Assembly (NCBI GenBank): GCA_964519345.1
Contig: CAZFKX010000017.1
Span: forward strand, 9,803-73,802
Length of the DNA: 64,000 nucleotides
Direction of reading: 5' to 3'
Source: an uncultured Aquificales bacterium
GTDB lineage: Bacteria; Aquificota; Aquificia; Aquificales; Hydrogenothermaceae
The translations under genes and the position numbers were made by a program. Positions 1-9,197 of this stretch are shown in pieces (positions within the stretch are counted from its first letter, which is position 1; the number at the start of each line of letters is the position of its first letter). The notes under the pieces were generated by a model that saw only the letters and a list, made by a program, of their open reading frames with translations, had not been told where the DNA came from and searched no databases.

Positions 1-478
1 CTATCTGTCTGACATCAGCGAGGGAAATGGTGTGATCCTTAGGATATAAAGCATAAACTATCACAGGTTGCGTGTTTGAGTATATCCTGTAGATAGAAGG
101 CTCTTTTATATCTTTTGGTAATTTTCCTCTTATTTTGGATAGTGAGTTTGAAACATCTGTTAGAGCTTCGGAAAAATCCTTATCATATTCAAACTCGGCA
201 GTTATAACAGCTATGCCGTCAGTTATAGATGATCTTACTGTTCTGATTTTATCAATAGTGTATAACTGTTTTTCAACAGGTACTGCTATATTCTCAGCAA
301 TATCTTTGGCAGAAGATCCCTCCTGTGTTATAACAACAGCAACCTGAGGTCTATCCGCATCTGGAAACAGATTTCTGTCTTGCTGGAAATATCCGTATAT
401 ACCTATTATTGTGAAAATTATTATTATTGATATTGTTGTATGATGGTTTTTCAGTATAAATTGTGTAAACTTTTCCAT
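1..478 (-). CDS. RND efflux transporter inner-membrane subunit (AcrB/CzcA family). Only about 159 N-terminal codons are present; the gene continues past the left window edge.
   Basis: Not in the ORF track because it runs off the edge. Manual minus-strand translation from ATG 478..476 gives MEKFTQFILKNHHTTISIIIIFTIIGIYGYFQQDRNLFPDADRPQVAVVITQEGSSAKDIAENIAVPVEKQLYTIDKIRTV. This is TM1 followed by the typical opening of the RND periplasmic loop. It starts 1 nt after the adaptor gene stop and completes an OMF-MFP-RND gene order. Confidence 0.75.
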   Translation of the reverse strand, partial: MEKFTQFILKNHHTTISIIIIFTIIGIYGYFQQDRNLFPDADRPQVAVVITQEGSSAKDIAENIAVPVEKQLYTIDKIRTVRSSITDGIAVITAEFEYDKDFSEALTDVSNSLSKIRGKLPKDIKEPSIYRIYSNTQPVIVYALYPKDHTISLADVRQI

Positions 479-479
479 C

Positions 480-1658
480 TTATTTTTTACCTTCGGATAG
501 TATTTTTCCTTTTCCTACAAACAGAGCTCTTCTAAGTGTTGGATTTGATCCGACAGCCACCACCATTCCATCTTTTAGATCTCCCTTTACTACAGCTTTT
601 CCATGATAAATTCCTATGAGATCTACAGGTATTTTTACCAGTTTTCCGTTATTTTCTGTTATAACGTATCTGTTTCCTGTAACATCAAGTAAAGCATCTG
701 AAGGCACTATGAATCCCTCAGCCTCATCTAAGAGGATTTCAACAACTATATCAACCCCAACTGGCGAGGAGATTATTTTTGGTGATTTTATCTCTATCTG
801 GGGTAGTTTTATCTGGGATGTTTTATATTTTTTTGATATATAACCTTCAATCTGGCTGTTTTCATAAAATATTTTTACAGGAGAGTTTATTTTTATTTTT
901 TCATACATCTCAGGTGGAACGTTTGAAACTATCTTTCTGCCGGAATATATTTCCAGTATGGGTCTGCCTGCAGTAAAAAAACTTCCTTCATACAGGAATA
1001 TTTTGCCTACTTCTCCATCTTTAGGTGATCTTACCGTTCCGTATTCTAATAAAATTTTGTAAGAATTTATCTGATTTTTTAGGGAATCTATTTTCTTTTT
1101 TACAGCTTTTATATTCCTGCGTGCTGTTTTTAGATCTGCTTCTGCTTTTACCAATCTAAGTTTTGAAAACTCAAAAGTTTCCTTAGGTATTGCTTTATTT
1201 TCAAAAAGAATTTTATCTCTTTCGTAAGTGTCTTTTACGTATATATAGTTTGCTTCGGCAGATTTCAGTTTAATTTTGCTTATTTCCAGCTGTTCTTCAA
1301 GATATTCCAGCTCTTTTCTTAAGGATTTTATTTTTTCTTCAGTCTGTCTTGTGTCTAAAACAGCTAAAACCTGTCCTTTCTTTACACTATCTCCCTCTTT
1401 TACATTAAGTTTAAGTAAGTTTCCAGTAATTTTTGATGATACAGTTATTTTATCTTCTGGATAGATAGTGCCTGTAAATTTTCTGTATATATTAAGCTTT
1501 CCCTTTTTTACATTTTTACCTTCCAGAACCAGCGGTATAGCTTCAGGCTTTATATCTTTTTCGAGAGATTTTTCTCTTTCTTTGATTATTTTAACTCCTG
1601 CTAAAGCTATTAAAATTAAAAGCAGAACAGCGGTAATTTTTTTCATTTTATTCCTCAC
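480..1658 (-). CDS. Efflux periplasmic adaptor (membrane fusion protein, HlyD/AcrA family)
   Basis: 392-aa ORF with an N-terminal membrane anchor (KKITAVLLLILIALAGV), a lipoyl-like motif (GDSVKKGQVLAVLD), a long coiled-coil hairpin and a C-terminal beta-barrel. It sits between the TolC-like and RND genes. The start may be the MKK Met at 1646. Confidence 0.8.
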   Translation of the reverse strand: MRNKMKKITAVLLLILIALAGVKIIKEREKSLEKDIKPEAIPLVLEGKNVKKGKLNIYRKFTGTIYPEDKITVSSKITGNLLKLNVKEGDSVKKGQVLAVLDTRQTEEKIKSLRKELEYLEEQLEISKIKLKSAEANYIYVKDTYERDKILFENKAIPKETFEFSKLRLVKAEADLKTARRNIKAVKKKIDSLKNQINSYKILLEYGTVRSPKDGEVGKIFLYEGSFFTAGRPILEIYSGRKIVSNVPPEMYEKIKINSPVKIFYENSQIEGYISKKYKTSQIKLPQIEIKSPKIISSPVGVDIVVEILLDEAEGFIVPSDALLDVTGNRYVITENNGKLVKIPVDLIGIYHGKAVVKGDLKDGMVVAVGSNPTLRRALFVGKGKILSEGKK

Positions 1659-2898
1659 TGATTAAAAAATTTAGATAAGCAACGGCAATTTCCCTTTTAT
1701 AAAATGCCTCGTAATATTTTGTTTCAGCCGCAATCCTGTCAGCCTTAGCTTTTAAAAGATCAAATATGTCAGAAACACCGCTTTCATACTTTATTTTCTC
1801 TATTCTCTCTATTTCTTTTGAAAATTTTATCTGTTTTTCTGCAGATTTTATTCTTTCTTCTGAAATTTTTATATCACTTAACGCTTTATTAATCTCTTTC
1901 TTAAGATTTAAAACAATTGATTTTTCTTTTTCTTTAAGAAGTCTGTAATTTTTCTTCCCTTCCAATACGGCCGATGCTCTTTTCCCGAAATCAAAAAGCG
2001 TGTACTTTATATTAAGACCTATTCTGTAATAATCAAAGCTTTCTCCTGAAGCGTATCTTTTTGAGTAGATAAGGTCAAGATCTAACTGGGGATAAAATAA
2101 TGATTTTTGTTTTTTTATAAACTCTTTTGTTTTTTCCTTCTCAATCTGAACTTTTTTAAGATACAGGAGGTTTTCGATTTCTTTAATTTCCGGGATCTGG
2201 GTTTTGTTTTTTATATCTTCAAAATTTTTAAGCTCAAGATCTTGCCTGCCTATGAGATATCTGATCTCATATTTTAAATTGTCAATATCTGACTTTATCT
2301 TTTCAAATTTTGTGTATGCATCTTGGAGCTGGTATTCAACTTTAAGGATATCAACTTCTGCTTTTTTTCCGGCTTTTACAGATACAGCTATATTCTCTTT
2401 CAGCTTTTTTAAGGAGTCTATATAGGCTTTCAATGATTTTTCCTGTTTGTTTAACAGCAGAATATTTAGATAGATTTTTTTTATCTTGTATATAAGCTCG
2501 TTTTTCGTTAGTCTTTCTTCTGTATCGGCTGAATATAATTCTTTTTCTGCTATCTTTAATTCTGAAGATATCCTGAATCCTGTGAATATGGGAACACTGT
2601 AACCTATGCCGAGACTGTAAAAATTATTGGCAAAAGTCATTCCGGCAATCCCTTTAGATGGATCTAAAAAACCAAGATTTGTTTTTTCACTTAAGTGCTC
2701 GTAACCGCCGTAAAGATAAAACTTTCCATAAATAGACGATCTTATCTGCTTTTCTTTCTCCCTGTATATCTCTTTTTTTATTTTCTTTTCTTTTATTATA
2801 GGGCTGTGAATCAGAGCTTCCTGTATAAGATGCTCTAAAGTAACCCCGTAAGAAGACAAGCTTATAAAAAGCAGCAGAATAGTTATGTTTCTCATCAT
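1648..2898 (-). CDS. TolC-like outer membrane efflux protein
   Basis: 416-aa ORF with a signal peptide (ITILLLFISLSSYG) and two tandem coiled-coil/beta repeats typical of the OEP family. It is the first gene of the efflux operon. Confidence 0.8.
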   Translation of the reverse strand: MMRNITILLLFISLSSYGVTLEHLIQEALIHSPIIKEKKIKKEIYREKEKQIRSSIYGKFYLYGGYEHLSEKTNLGFLDPSKGIAGMTFANNFYSLGIGYSVPIFTGFRISSELKIAEKELYSADTEERLTKNELIYKIKKIYLNILLLNKQEKSLKAYIDSLKKLKENIAVSVKAGKKAEVDILKVEYQLQDAYTKFEKIKSDIDNLKYEIRYLIGRQDLELKNFEDIKNKTQIPEIKEIENLLYLKKVQIEKEKTKEFIKKQKSLFYPQLDLDLIYSKRYASGESFDYYRIGLNIKYTLFDFGKRASAVLEGKKNYRLLKEKEKSIVLNLKKEINKALSDIKISEERIKSAEKQIKFSKEIERIEKIKYESGVSDIFDLLKAKADRIAAETKYYEAFYKREIAVAYLNFLISEE

Positions 2899-2899
2899 T

Positions 2900-2927
2900 T
2901 TTAAAGTTATAAGTTTATAACTTTAAA
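2900..2927. promoter_or_regulatory. Perfect 13-bp-arm palindrome directly upstream of the efflux operon start codon; candidate operator
   Basis: The sequence is TTTAAAGTTATAA-GT-TTATAACTTTAAA, read directly. It lies 2-30 nt upstream of the TolC-like ATG at 2898. Confidence 0.3.
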
Positions 2928-3081
2928 TATAATAAAAATTTTTTAAAAAGTCAATATGTTATGTTATAATATTAATAATAATAATTGTTATTGATAAATT
3001 AAAAAATGGAAATAAAAGACAGCTTTATTATATCAATATCTTTTATCTTAGGGCTTATATCAATCCTGATTATTTTTATTT

Positions 3082-4239
3082 TTATATGAACAAAGATCTG
3101 ATATTTGCATCAAGTTTTATTAAGGTTTCTTCATACTCCATATCCGGATCTGAATCTGCAACAATTCCACTTCCAACATAGATACTGCATCTGTTTCCTT
3201 TGAATATTGACTGTCTTATCGCCACACTCATAACAAAATCAAGATTTGGTTTTATTAAAACCGTTGCACCGCAGTAAACGGATCTACTTATATCTTCAAG
3301 CTGAGAAATTATTTCTACAGCTTTTATCTTTGGAGCACCTGTTACCGATCCTGGAGGAAATGTATTATCTATTATTTCCTGAAGGGAGACGGAATCTTTC
3401 AATTGGGAGCTTACTGTTGATACCATCTGAAAAATAGATCTATACTTCTCAACATCAAATAGTTTCTCAACCTTTACAGACCCTCTTTCTGAAATTCTGC
3501 CGAGATCATTCCTCATGAGATCTGTTATCATGAGATTTTCGGCTCTTTCTTTTTCGGAATTTCTAAGTTCCATCTCAAGCTTAATGTCTTCTTCAGACGA
3601 TTTTCCTCTTTTCCTTGTTCCTTTGATAGGTTTTGTTATTATCTTTTTTCCTGCTTTTTTTAGGAAAAGTTCCATTGATGCAGACACTAAGGAAAAATAA
3701 GTATCTTTAATAAGCATAAGGTAAGGAGTAGGTTGGTAATTTATAAGATTAAAAAAAACACTCTCTGGATGAAAGCAACCTCTTATATCAACCCTATGGG
3801 CTATATTTACCTGGTATATATCTCCTTTAGATATTGATTTTTTTGCTTCAGAAACTTTATCAATATACTTCTTCCTATCAGTATTAAAGATTATGTCTGT
3901 AATAATACTTTTACTTGAATATTTTTTTATATCGCCTTTCCTGTAATTCTTAAAAAGCAGACCGTAAATATCAGGAAGCCTTAGATCGTCCTTTTGGGGT
4001 ATTTTCTTTTTTAGAACTTTTCTTTTGCCGTATTCATAAGATATAAAGCCTGTAAAGTACAACCCTTTTTCTTTGACAAGCTTTTCTATAAATATAAAAG
4101 GTTTATCAGTTTTAAATTTTCTTTTATTAATACGTAGAATACCATTACTGTAAGTTAATCTTATAATTGGTCTGTCAAATATGTATATACCTTTTTCTTC
4201 AAACCATCCATCTTCTTCAGAGTATAAATAAATTTTCAT
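3082..4239 (-). CDS. pabB: Chorismate-binding enzyme, short aminodeoxychorismate synthase component I type
   Basis: 385-aa ORF with a C-terminal chorismate-binding signature (PPGSVTGAPKIKAVEIISQLE, VYCGA, GSGIVADSDP). It lacks the long TrpE N-terminal regulatory region. Confidence 0.75.
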   Translation of the reverse strand: MKIYLYSEEDGWFEEKGIYIFDRPIIRLTYSNGILRINKRKFKTDKPFIFIEKLVKEKGLYFTGFISYEYGKRKVLKKKIPQKDDLRLPDIYGLLFKNYRKGDIKKYSSKSIITDIIFNTDRKKYIDKVSEAKKSISKGDIYQVNIAHRVDIRGCFHPESVFFNLINYQPTPYLMLIKDTYFSLVSASMELFLKKAGKKIITKPIKGTRKRGKSSEEDIKLEMELRNSEKERAENLMITDLMRNDLGRISERGSVKVEKLFDVEKYRSIFQMVSTVSSQLKDSVSLQEIIDNTFPPGSVTGAPKIKAVEIISQLEDISRSVYCGATVLIKPNLDFVMSVAIRQSIFKGNRCSIYVGSGIVADSDPDMEYEETLIKLDANIRSLFI

Positions 4240-4306
4240 TATAAACTTCCTTCTGCAAGAAAAAGTGCTTATAATTATAATTAAGGATTACTCTAAGAGA
4301 GGAATA

Positions 4307-5077
4307 ATGAGAAAGCTTATACCTAAGGAAGAGCTTGACGCACTTTTCAAAGAGATATACAGTACAGAAACGACAGAAACAGATTATAACATACAGAAGA
4401 AAGAAATAAAACCGTTAGACAGCAGGTATAGATTTTTAATGTACAGGTATAAAACTGCTTTAAAGAAAATATTGATCTCAAATCTACCTGTTAAGGTTAA
4501 TATACAAAACACATCTGTAACAAAAAACGGTGGATTTGAGGACAAAAATCTTCTACTGTATTCCTACGATATAGAGGGTAAATTTAGATTTTTTGTGGGA
4601 ATATCAGAAAGTATAACATCTGTTGAAAAAAAGATTTATGAGGAAAATATATACTCACTCTTTAAGAATGAGTATGATCTTTACAGTATTATGGAAAATA
4701 TTTCTGTTTCTATTGTTAAAACTGTTCAGAATGATTTTCCTTTTAAATTCAAAAAGATTAACGGCTCTGCTGTTCAGTTTTATAACGATGATTTTGTAAT
4801 TTTTGATTACAGTTTGAATCTGGATGGAGAGAACGTTGTTATTTCCCTCTTATTTGAAGAGCTTATGCTTGAAGCTGTAGAGCCGGACGTATTTATATAC
4901 TCTCCGCCAACATCTTACGGCAAAAAACTTCTGGAAAGAGTTAAAAAAAGAGTGTCATTAAAACTCTATGTTGAAAGCGAGCCTTTTAATATAGATCTTA
5001 ATAAACTTAAAGAAGGGTGTATTGTAGATCTCGGTAATACAAAATTTACAAACAGTATAAAGGGAGAAGAGAGATAG
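4307..5077 (+). CDS. FliM/FliY-like flagellar switch-type protein (divergent and short)
   Basis: Start placed at ATG 4307 after the RBS AGAGAGG. The N-terminus MRKLIPKEELDALF resembles the LSQEEIDALL CheY-P-binding peptide of FliM/FliY. The C-terminus VSLKLYVESEPFNIDLNKLKEGCIVDLGN matches the first half of a SpoA (FliM/FliN C-terminal) domain, but the ORF stops about 12 aa later. Confidence 0.5.
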   Translation: MRKLIPKEELDALFKEIYSTETTETDYNIQKKEIKPLDSRYRFLMYRYKTALKKILISNLPVKVNIQNTSVTKNGGFEDKNLLLYSYDIEGKFRFFVGISESITSVEKKIYEENIYSLFKNEYDLYSIMENISVSIVKTVQNDFPFKFKKINGSAVQFYNDDFVIFDYSLNLDGENVVISLLFEELMLEAVEPDVFIYSPPTSYGKKLLERVKKRVSLKLYVESEPFNIDLNKLKEGCIVDLGNTKFTNSIKGEER

Positions 5078-5256
5078 AAAAGCTAATATCAGAATTTTTA
5101 AAGGACAGGGTTGAGGATTTCAAGATTAAAAAAGGTTTTAACGGAGAGACAGAAGGGGGATACTACTGTATATCTTCTGGAAAGGGAACTCTTTATATAA
5201 AAAATGATCTGTTTGTTTTTTTCGTTTTTCAGGAGGGTTCGGGATGGGGTGAGAGT

Positions 5257-5640
5257 TTGTTTGAAAAAATATTTAAAGATAAGGATTACAGATCAGAGAT
5301 TGTTGAAAATCCAAAAATAAGCGAAGAATCGCTCAGTGTGGACGTTATTACGGATGGTATTCTTTATAAGAATAGTATTCTGATAGAGCATTCACTTGAG
5401 AGGGAGGAAGAGAGAACTCCTTTTCAGAAAAATATCCCTATTCCTGTTGTTGTGAGACTTATGAAAAGGGATATAACCGTTTCAGATATAGACAGGATAG
5501 GAGAGACGACAGAGATTCTCATTTCAGAAAATGAAGAAAAAGATGTTGAACTTCTTGTTAATGGTGAGGTAATAGGAAAAGGTGTAGTTTTTAAAGAAAG
5601 AGATTCTTTGAAACTAAAAATAACAGATCTGTATCTTTAA
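5257..5640 (+). CDS. FliN-like SpoA-domain protein. The real 5' end is possibly upstream, at about 5074.
   Basis: The C-terminus IPVVVRLMKRDITVSDIDRIGETTEILISENEEKDVELLVNGEVIGKGVVFKERDSLKLKITDL follows the FliN/SpoA pattern (IPV.l.v.lg....t...l..l..g.vi.L......v.llvNg..ia.Gevv......gv.It.i). The track start is a TTG. The same frame stays open back to 5038 without ATG, GTG or TTG. Confidence 0.6.
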   Translation: MFEKIFKDKDYRSEIVENPKISEESLSVDVITDGILYKNSILIEHSLEREEERTPFQKNIPIPVVVRLMKRDITVSDIDRIGETTEILISENEEKDVELLVNGEVIGKGVVFKERDSLKLKITDLYL

Positions 5641-5642
5641 GT

Positions 5643-7679
5643 ATGGAAGCTTTATTTTTTTCCTGGATTATACTGTTAATAGCAGTTTATTCTTTAAATA
5701 GAGGAATAGATAAGCATTTATTTCTGTATATATCTGTGTTTCCTCTCTTTCTGGCATCTATATCTGACAACTTTTATATAACTTATGAGTTTAGAGATTT
5801 CTTTTATATAGTTTTTATACTATCTGTTTTTCTGTATCTTAATAACGACAAACCTTTAAAATTTAAGATACCTTTTGTTGTCTGGTTTCTTGTTTTGGGA
5901 ATGGTATCGCTGGCAGGATCTGTTTATACCAAGGAATATCTCACATTTGCCGTTCCCCTTGCCTTTATAACATTAATGTTTAGAAATTATAAAAATCGTT
6001 TTGATTTTCTTTTATGGACGTTGATATTATTTTTTAATATTGTTCTTTTCATACTTGTAAATAGTCTTTTTTATTACGGCAATATACTACTTTCTATTTA
6101 TCTTCTTATTAGTAGTGTATCAGAATATACAGAAACAGCTGAACAGGAAAAGAAGGATTATAGAGAACTTGTAGATAGAGCAATACAGAGTGAAATACAA
6201 AAGCAGTATTCTGAACTTGACGACGAACTCAAGATAACATATAAAAAATTGAAAGAGATATTTAAGCTTAGCAACTATACTATACTCCCTATAAAGCTTG
6301 AAGATATAGCAGAAAGGGTTGTAGAAGGACTGCACAATCTTGGGTATTCAGGAGTTGTTATATATATTGAGGAGAATGAGAAAGAGATTTTTAAAAAAAG
6401 TGGTTTTTTTCCATATATAAAAAAGTTTCGCGAAAATGGATTTAAAGAGATAGACAAGATTCATATATCTGAGGATGAAAAATCTATATTTCTTCCAATG
6501 TATAGTGATAAGGGAAAGATAGGCGTATTAGGTGTTTATAAGAAAGAGAGAATATTTCCTAAGGAGATAGAATATCTGTCAACGTATGCAAATTCTGTTG
6601 CAACATCAATAGCCAAGACGCTTTACTTTGATAAGATAAATAAATTACAGGAGCTTTTTGGCAAAACGTTTGAATCTGTTGATATAGGTATAGCTATAGT
6701 TGATAAAAACTTTCTTGTTGAAACTGTAAACTCTGCACTCGAAAAGATTGTAGGTCATAAGATAACTGGAGACCTTTTTGAAAATATACCTGAACTGCTT
6801 CCCTTGAAATCAGAGATAGAGGGTGTTATAAGTAATAAACAGCCCCTTGATACCGTTTTTTCTTCAGTAAGCAAAAAAGGTTTTATCTATAGAGTTAAGG
6901 TTCTTCCCCTTGCTTCAACACCTGAAGAAAAGGAGCGAATAGAAAAACTTGTTATTATTATTGAGGATATAACTGAAAAAGAAAAGTTGGAAGCTCAGCT
7001 TTTACAGACAGAAAAACACGCCGTTATAGGAAAACTTGCAGCTGGACTTTCTCATGATATAAAGAATCCTCTAACAGCTATATCCGCATATGCTTTTACA
7101 GTTAAGAAGAAGGGGGAAAAGCTGAAAGATAAAACGCTTATTAATCTCGGCGAAAAAATTGAGAATAACAGTAAGAGGGCTGAAGATATAATAAATAAGC
7201 TTTTAAATTATGCTAAACCTTCCTATTACAAAGAAAAGGTTGTTGATCTTAGAGAGGTTTTAAATACATCAATCGATTTTTCTATTCCTGCATCTAAGAG
7301 GAAAAATATTAAAATAAATAAAAGATTAGAAAAAGGTGTGTATGTTTATGGAGATCCAGGATCCCTCCAGCAGGTTTTTATTAATCTTATTATAAACGCT
7401 GCTGAGGCTATGAACTATTCGGGAAATATATGGATAAATTTGAAGAAAAACGGCGATAAAGCTGTTATAAAGATAAAAGACGATGGCGAGGGAATACCTG
7501 AAAATATAAAAGATGAGATTTTTGATCCGTTTTTTACGACAAAAGAGAAAGGAACAGGATTAGGACTTTCGGTTGTAAAAAGGATAGTTAATGACCACAG
7601 GGGAGAGATTTATTTTGAAAGTAAGGAGGGAGAAGGAACAGAATTTATAATAAAATTACCTGTTGCAGAGGATGTATGA
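5643..7679 (+). CDS. Polytopic membrane sensor histidine kinase (about 6 TM, GAF-like, PAS, HisKA, HATPase)
   Basis: 678 aa. Hydrophobic N-terminal 160 aa, H-box LAAGLSHDIKNPLTAI, N-box INLIINAAEAM and G-boxes DDGEGIP / GTGLGLSVVKRIV. It starts 3 nt after the FliN-like stop. Confidence 0.85.
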   Translation: MEALFFSWIILLIAVYSLNRGIDKHLFLYISVFPLFLASISDNFYITYEFRDFFYIVFILSVFLYLNNDKPLKFKIPFVVWFLVLGMVSLAGSVYTKEYLTFAVPLAFITLMFRNYKNRFDFLLWTLILFFNIVLFILVNSLFYYGNILLSIYLLISSVSEYTETAEQEKKDYRELVDRAIQSEIQKQYSELDDELKITYKKLKEIFKLSNYTILPIKLEDIAERVVEGLHNLGYSGVVIYIEENEKEIFKKSGFFPYIKKFRENGFKEIDKIHISEDEKSIFLPMYSDKGKIGVLGVYKKERIFPKEIEYLSTYANSVATSIAKTLYFDKINKLQELFGKTFESVDIGIAIVDKNFLVETVNSALEKIVGHKITGDLFENIPELLPLKSEIEGVISNKQPLDTVFSSVSKKGFIYRVKVLPLASTPEEKERIEKLVIIIEDITEKEKLEAQLLQTEKHAVIGKLAAGLSHDIKNPLTAISAYAFTVKKKGEKLKDKTLINLGEKIENNSKRAEDIINKLLNYAKPSYYKEKVVDLREVLNTSIDFSIPASKRKNIKINKRLEKGVYVYGDPGSLQQVFINLIINAAEAMNYSGNIWINLKKNGDKAVIKIKDDGEGIPENIKDEIFDPFFTTKEKGTGLGLSVVKRIVNDHRGEIYFESKEGEGTEFIIKLPVAEDV

Positions 7680-9073
7680 TGGAGAAAGGAAAAATACTTA
7701 TAGTTGACGATGAAGAAGATATTCTTCAGTCCTTTAAAATTATACTTGAGGAAGAAGGCTACTATGTTGAGATAACTGACAATCCTTATGATGCACTGGA
7801 ACGACTCAAAAAAAAGAGTTTTGATCTTGTGATGTCTGATATGAGAATGCCTAATATGACAGGTGAGGAGTTTCTTATAGAACTAAGAAAATTTAATGGA
7901 ACTACAAGTTTTATAGTTATGACAGCTTATGGAACTATTGAAAATGCTGTAAGATGTATGAAGGAAGGAGCTTTTCATTACATATCTAAACCTATTGATT
8001 TTAATGATCCTGTTATATGGAAGCTTATACAGGAAGCCGTTGAAAAATCCCAGATACTTCAAGAAAATATAAAACTCAAAAAAGAGCTTGAAAGTCTTAG
8101 GTCGGACAAAAATCCTATTATCACAAAAAATCCACAGATGATTCAGATTATAGAGTATATAAAAAAGGTTGCCCCCCTTGATCTTACCGTTCTTATATAC
8201 GGTGAAAGTGGTGTCGGCAAAGAACTTGTTGCAAAAGCAATTCACAGCAACAGTAGTAGAAGCGATAAACCTTTTATACCTATAAACTGTGCAAATATAT
8301 CACCTGAGATCATGGAGGCTGAGTTTTTTGGATACAAAAGGGGATCTTTTACAGGTGCCAATGAAGACAGAAAAGGAATAATAGAAAGAGCAAACGGAGG
8401 GACAATATTTCTGGATGAGATAGGAGAACTGCCTCTTGATATACAGGGAAAACTTCTGAGATTTCTTCAAGAGAAAGAGATAAGGAGAATAGGTGATGAT
8501 AAGGCTATATATGTTGATGTTAGAGTTGTGGCTGCAACAAATAAAGATCTTCAAAAACTTGTTTCCGAAGGCAGGTTCAGAGAAGATCTTTTTTACAGAA
8601 TAGAAGGATTAAAAATACATATACCACCTTTAAGGGAAAGAAAAGAAGATATACCTATTCTTGTTAAGAACTTTATAGATATTTTCAACGAAAAGTATGG
8701 AGGAGATATAAAGGGAATAACATCAAAAGCCATGGAAATTCTTTTAAACTATAACTGGCCAGGAAATATAAGACAGCTTGAAAATGTTGTTAATAAGGCG
8801 TGTGTTCTTGCATCTGGAAGTGACTACATAAATGAAAATCATATAGATCCGTCTATAAAATTCAGTATAAAGCAGGAGTTTCCTCTTGAATATTCTCAGG
8901 CTAAAAAGATACATATGGATAAATTTATGAAAACTTACCTGAAAGTTCTGCTTACTATGACAGATGGAAATATAACACAGGCAGCCAAACTTGCTAATAT
9001 TGAGAGACAGTCACTCCAAAAACTTTTGAAAAAGTACAATGTTAATCCTTCAGAATTTAGAAAAATCTCTTGA
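7676..9073 (+). CDS. Sigma-54-dependent response regulator (NtrC-family enhancer-binding protein)
   Basis: Receiver domain (ILIVDDEEDI, DLVMSDMRMP, KP), AAA+ Walker A GESGVGKE, the sigma-54 contact loop GSFTGA, and a C-terminal Fis-type HTH (GNITQAAKLANIERQSLQKLLKKY). ATGA overlap with the kinase gene. Confidence 0.9.
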   Translation: MMEKGKILIVDDEEDILQSFKIILEEEGYYVEITDNPYDALERLKKKSFDLVMSDMRMPNMTGEEFLIELRKFNGTTSFIVMTAYGTIENAVRCMKEGAFHYISKPIDFNDPVIWKLIQEAVEKSQILQENIKLKKELESLRSDKNPIITKNPQMIQIIEYIKKVAPLDLTVLIYGESGVGKELVAKAIHSNSSRSDKPFIPINCANISPEIMEAEFFGYKRGSFTGANEDRKGIIERANGGTIFLDEIGELPLDIQGKLLRFLQEKEIRRIGDDKAIYVDVRVVAATNKDLQKLVSEGRFREDLFYRIEGLKIHIPPLRERKEDIPILVKNFIDIFNEKYGGDIKGITSKAMEILLNYNWPGNIRQLENVVNKACVLASGSDYINENHIDPSIKFSIKQEFPLEYSQAKKIHMDKFMKTYLKVLLTMTDGNITQAAKLANIERQSLQKLLKKYNVNPSEFRKIS

Positions 9074-9095
9074 AAAATCTCTCTACGTGTATAAT
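9070..9095 (+). promoter_or_regulatory. Candidate sigma-70 promoter with an extended -10 (TTGAAA-N12-TGTATAAT)
   Basis: TGTATAAT at 9088-9095 (TGnTATAAT type) and TTGAAA at 9070-9075, read directly. The spacer is shorter than the optimum. Confidence 0.35.
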
Positions 9096-9128
9096 TTTTG
9101 TGCAGAAATAACAGAAAGTATAGCCATA

Positions 9129-9197
9129 GGTGTGGGTAAATACCGCCAGCTGGGGATGTATCCACACCTGAAAGAGGCGGAATACAAATACCCCAGC
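9129..9197 (+). ncRNA. GC-rich structured element (candidate leader RNA or small RNA), class unknown
   Basis: Three complementary pairs in an AT-rich background: GGTGTGG 9129-9135 with CCACACC 9162-9168, CCGCC 9143-9147 with GGCGG 9176-9180, and GCTGGGG 9149-9155 with CCCCAGC 9191-9197. The order a-b-c-a'-b'-c' allows an H-type pseudoknot or mutually exclusive folds. The two ORFs the track calls here look non-coding. Confidence 0.3.

Noticed and set aside
135-347. 70-aa plus-strand ORF at the left edge
   Set aside because: It lies antisense to a convincing RND-transporter N-terminus on the minus strand (1-478), and its composition is not protein-like.
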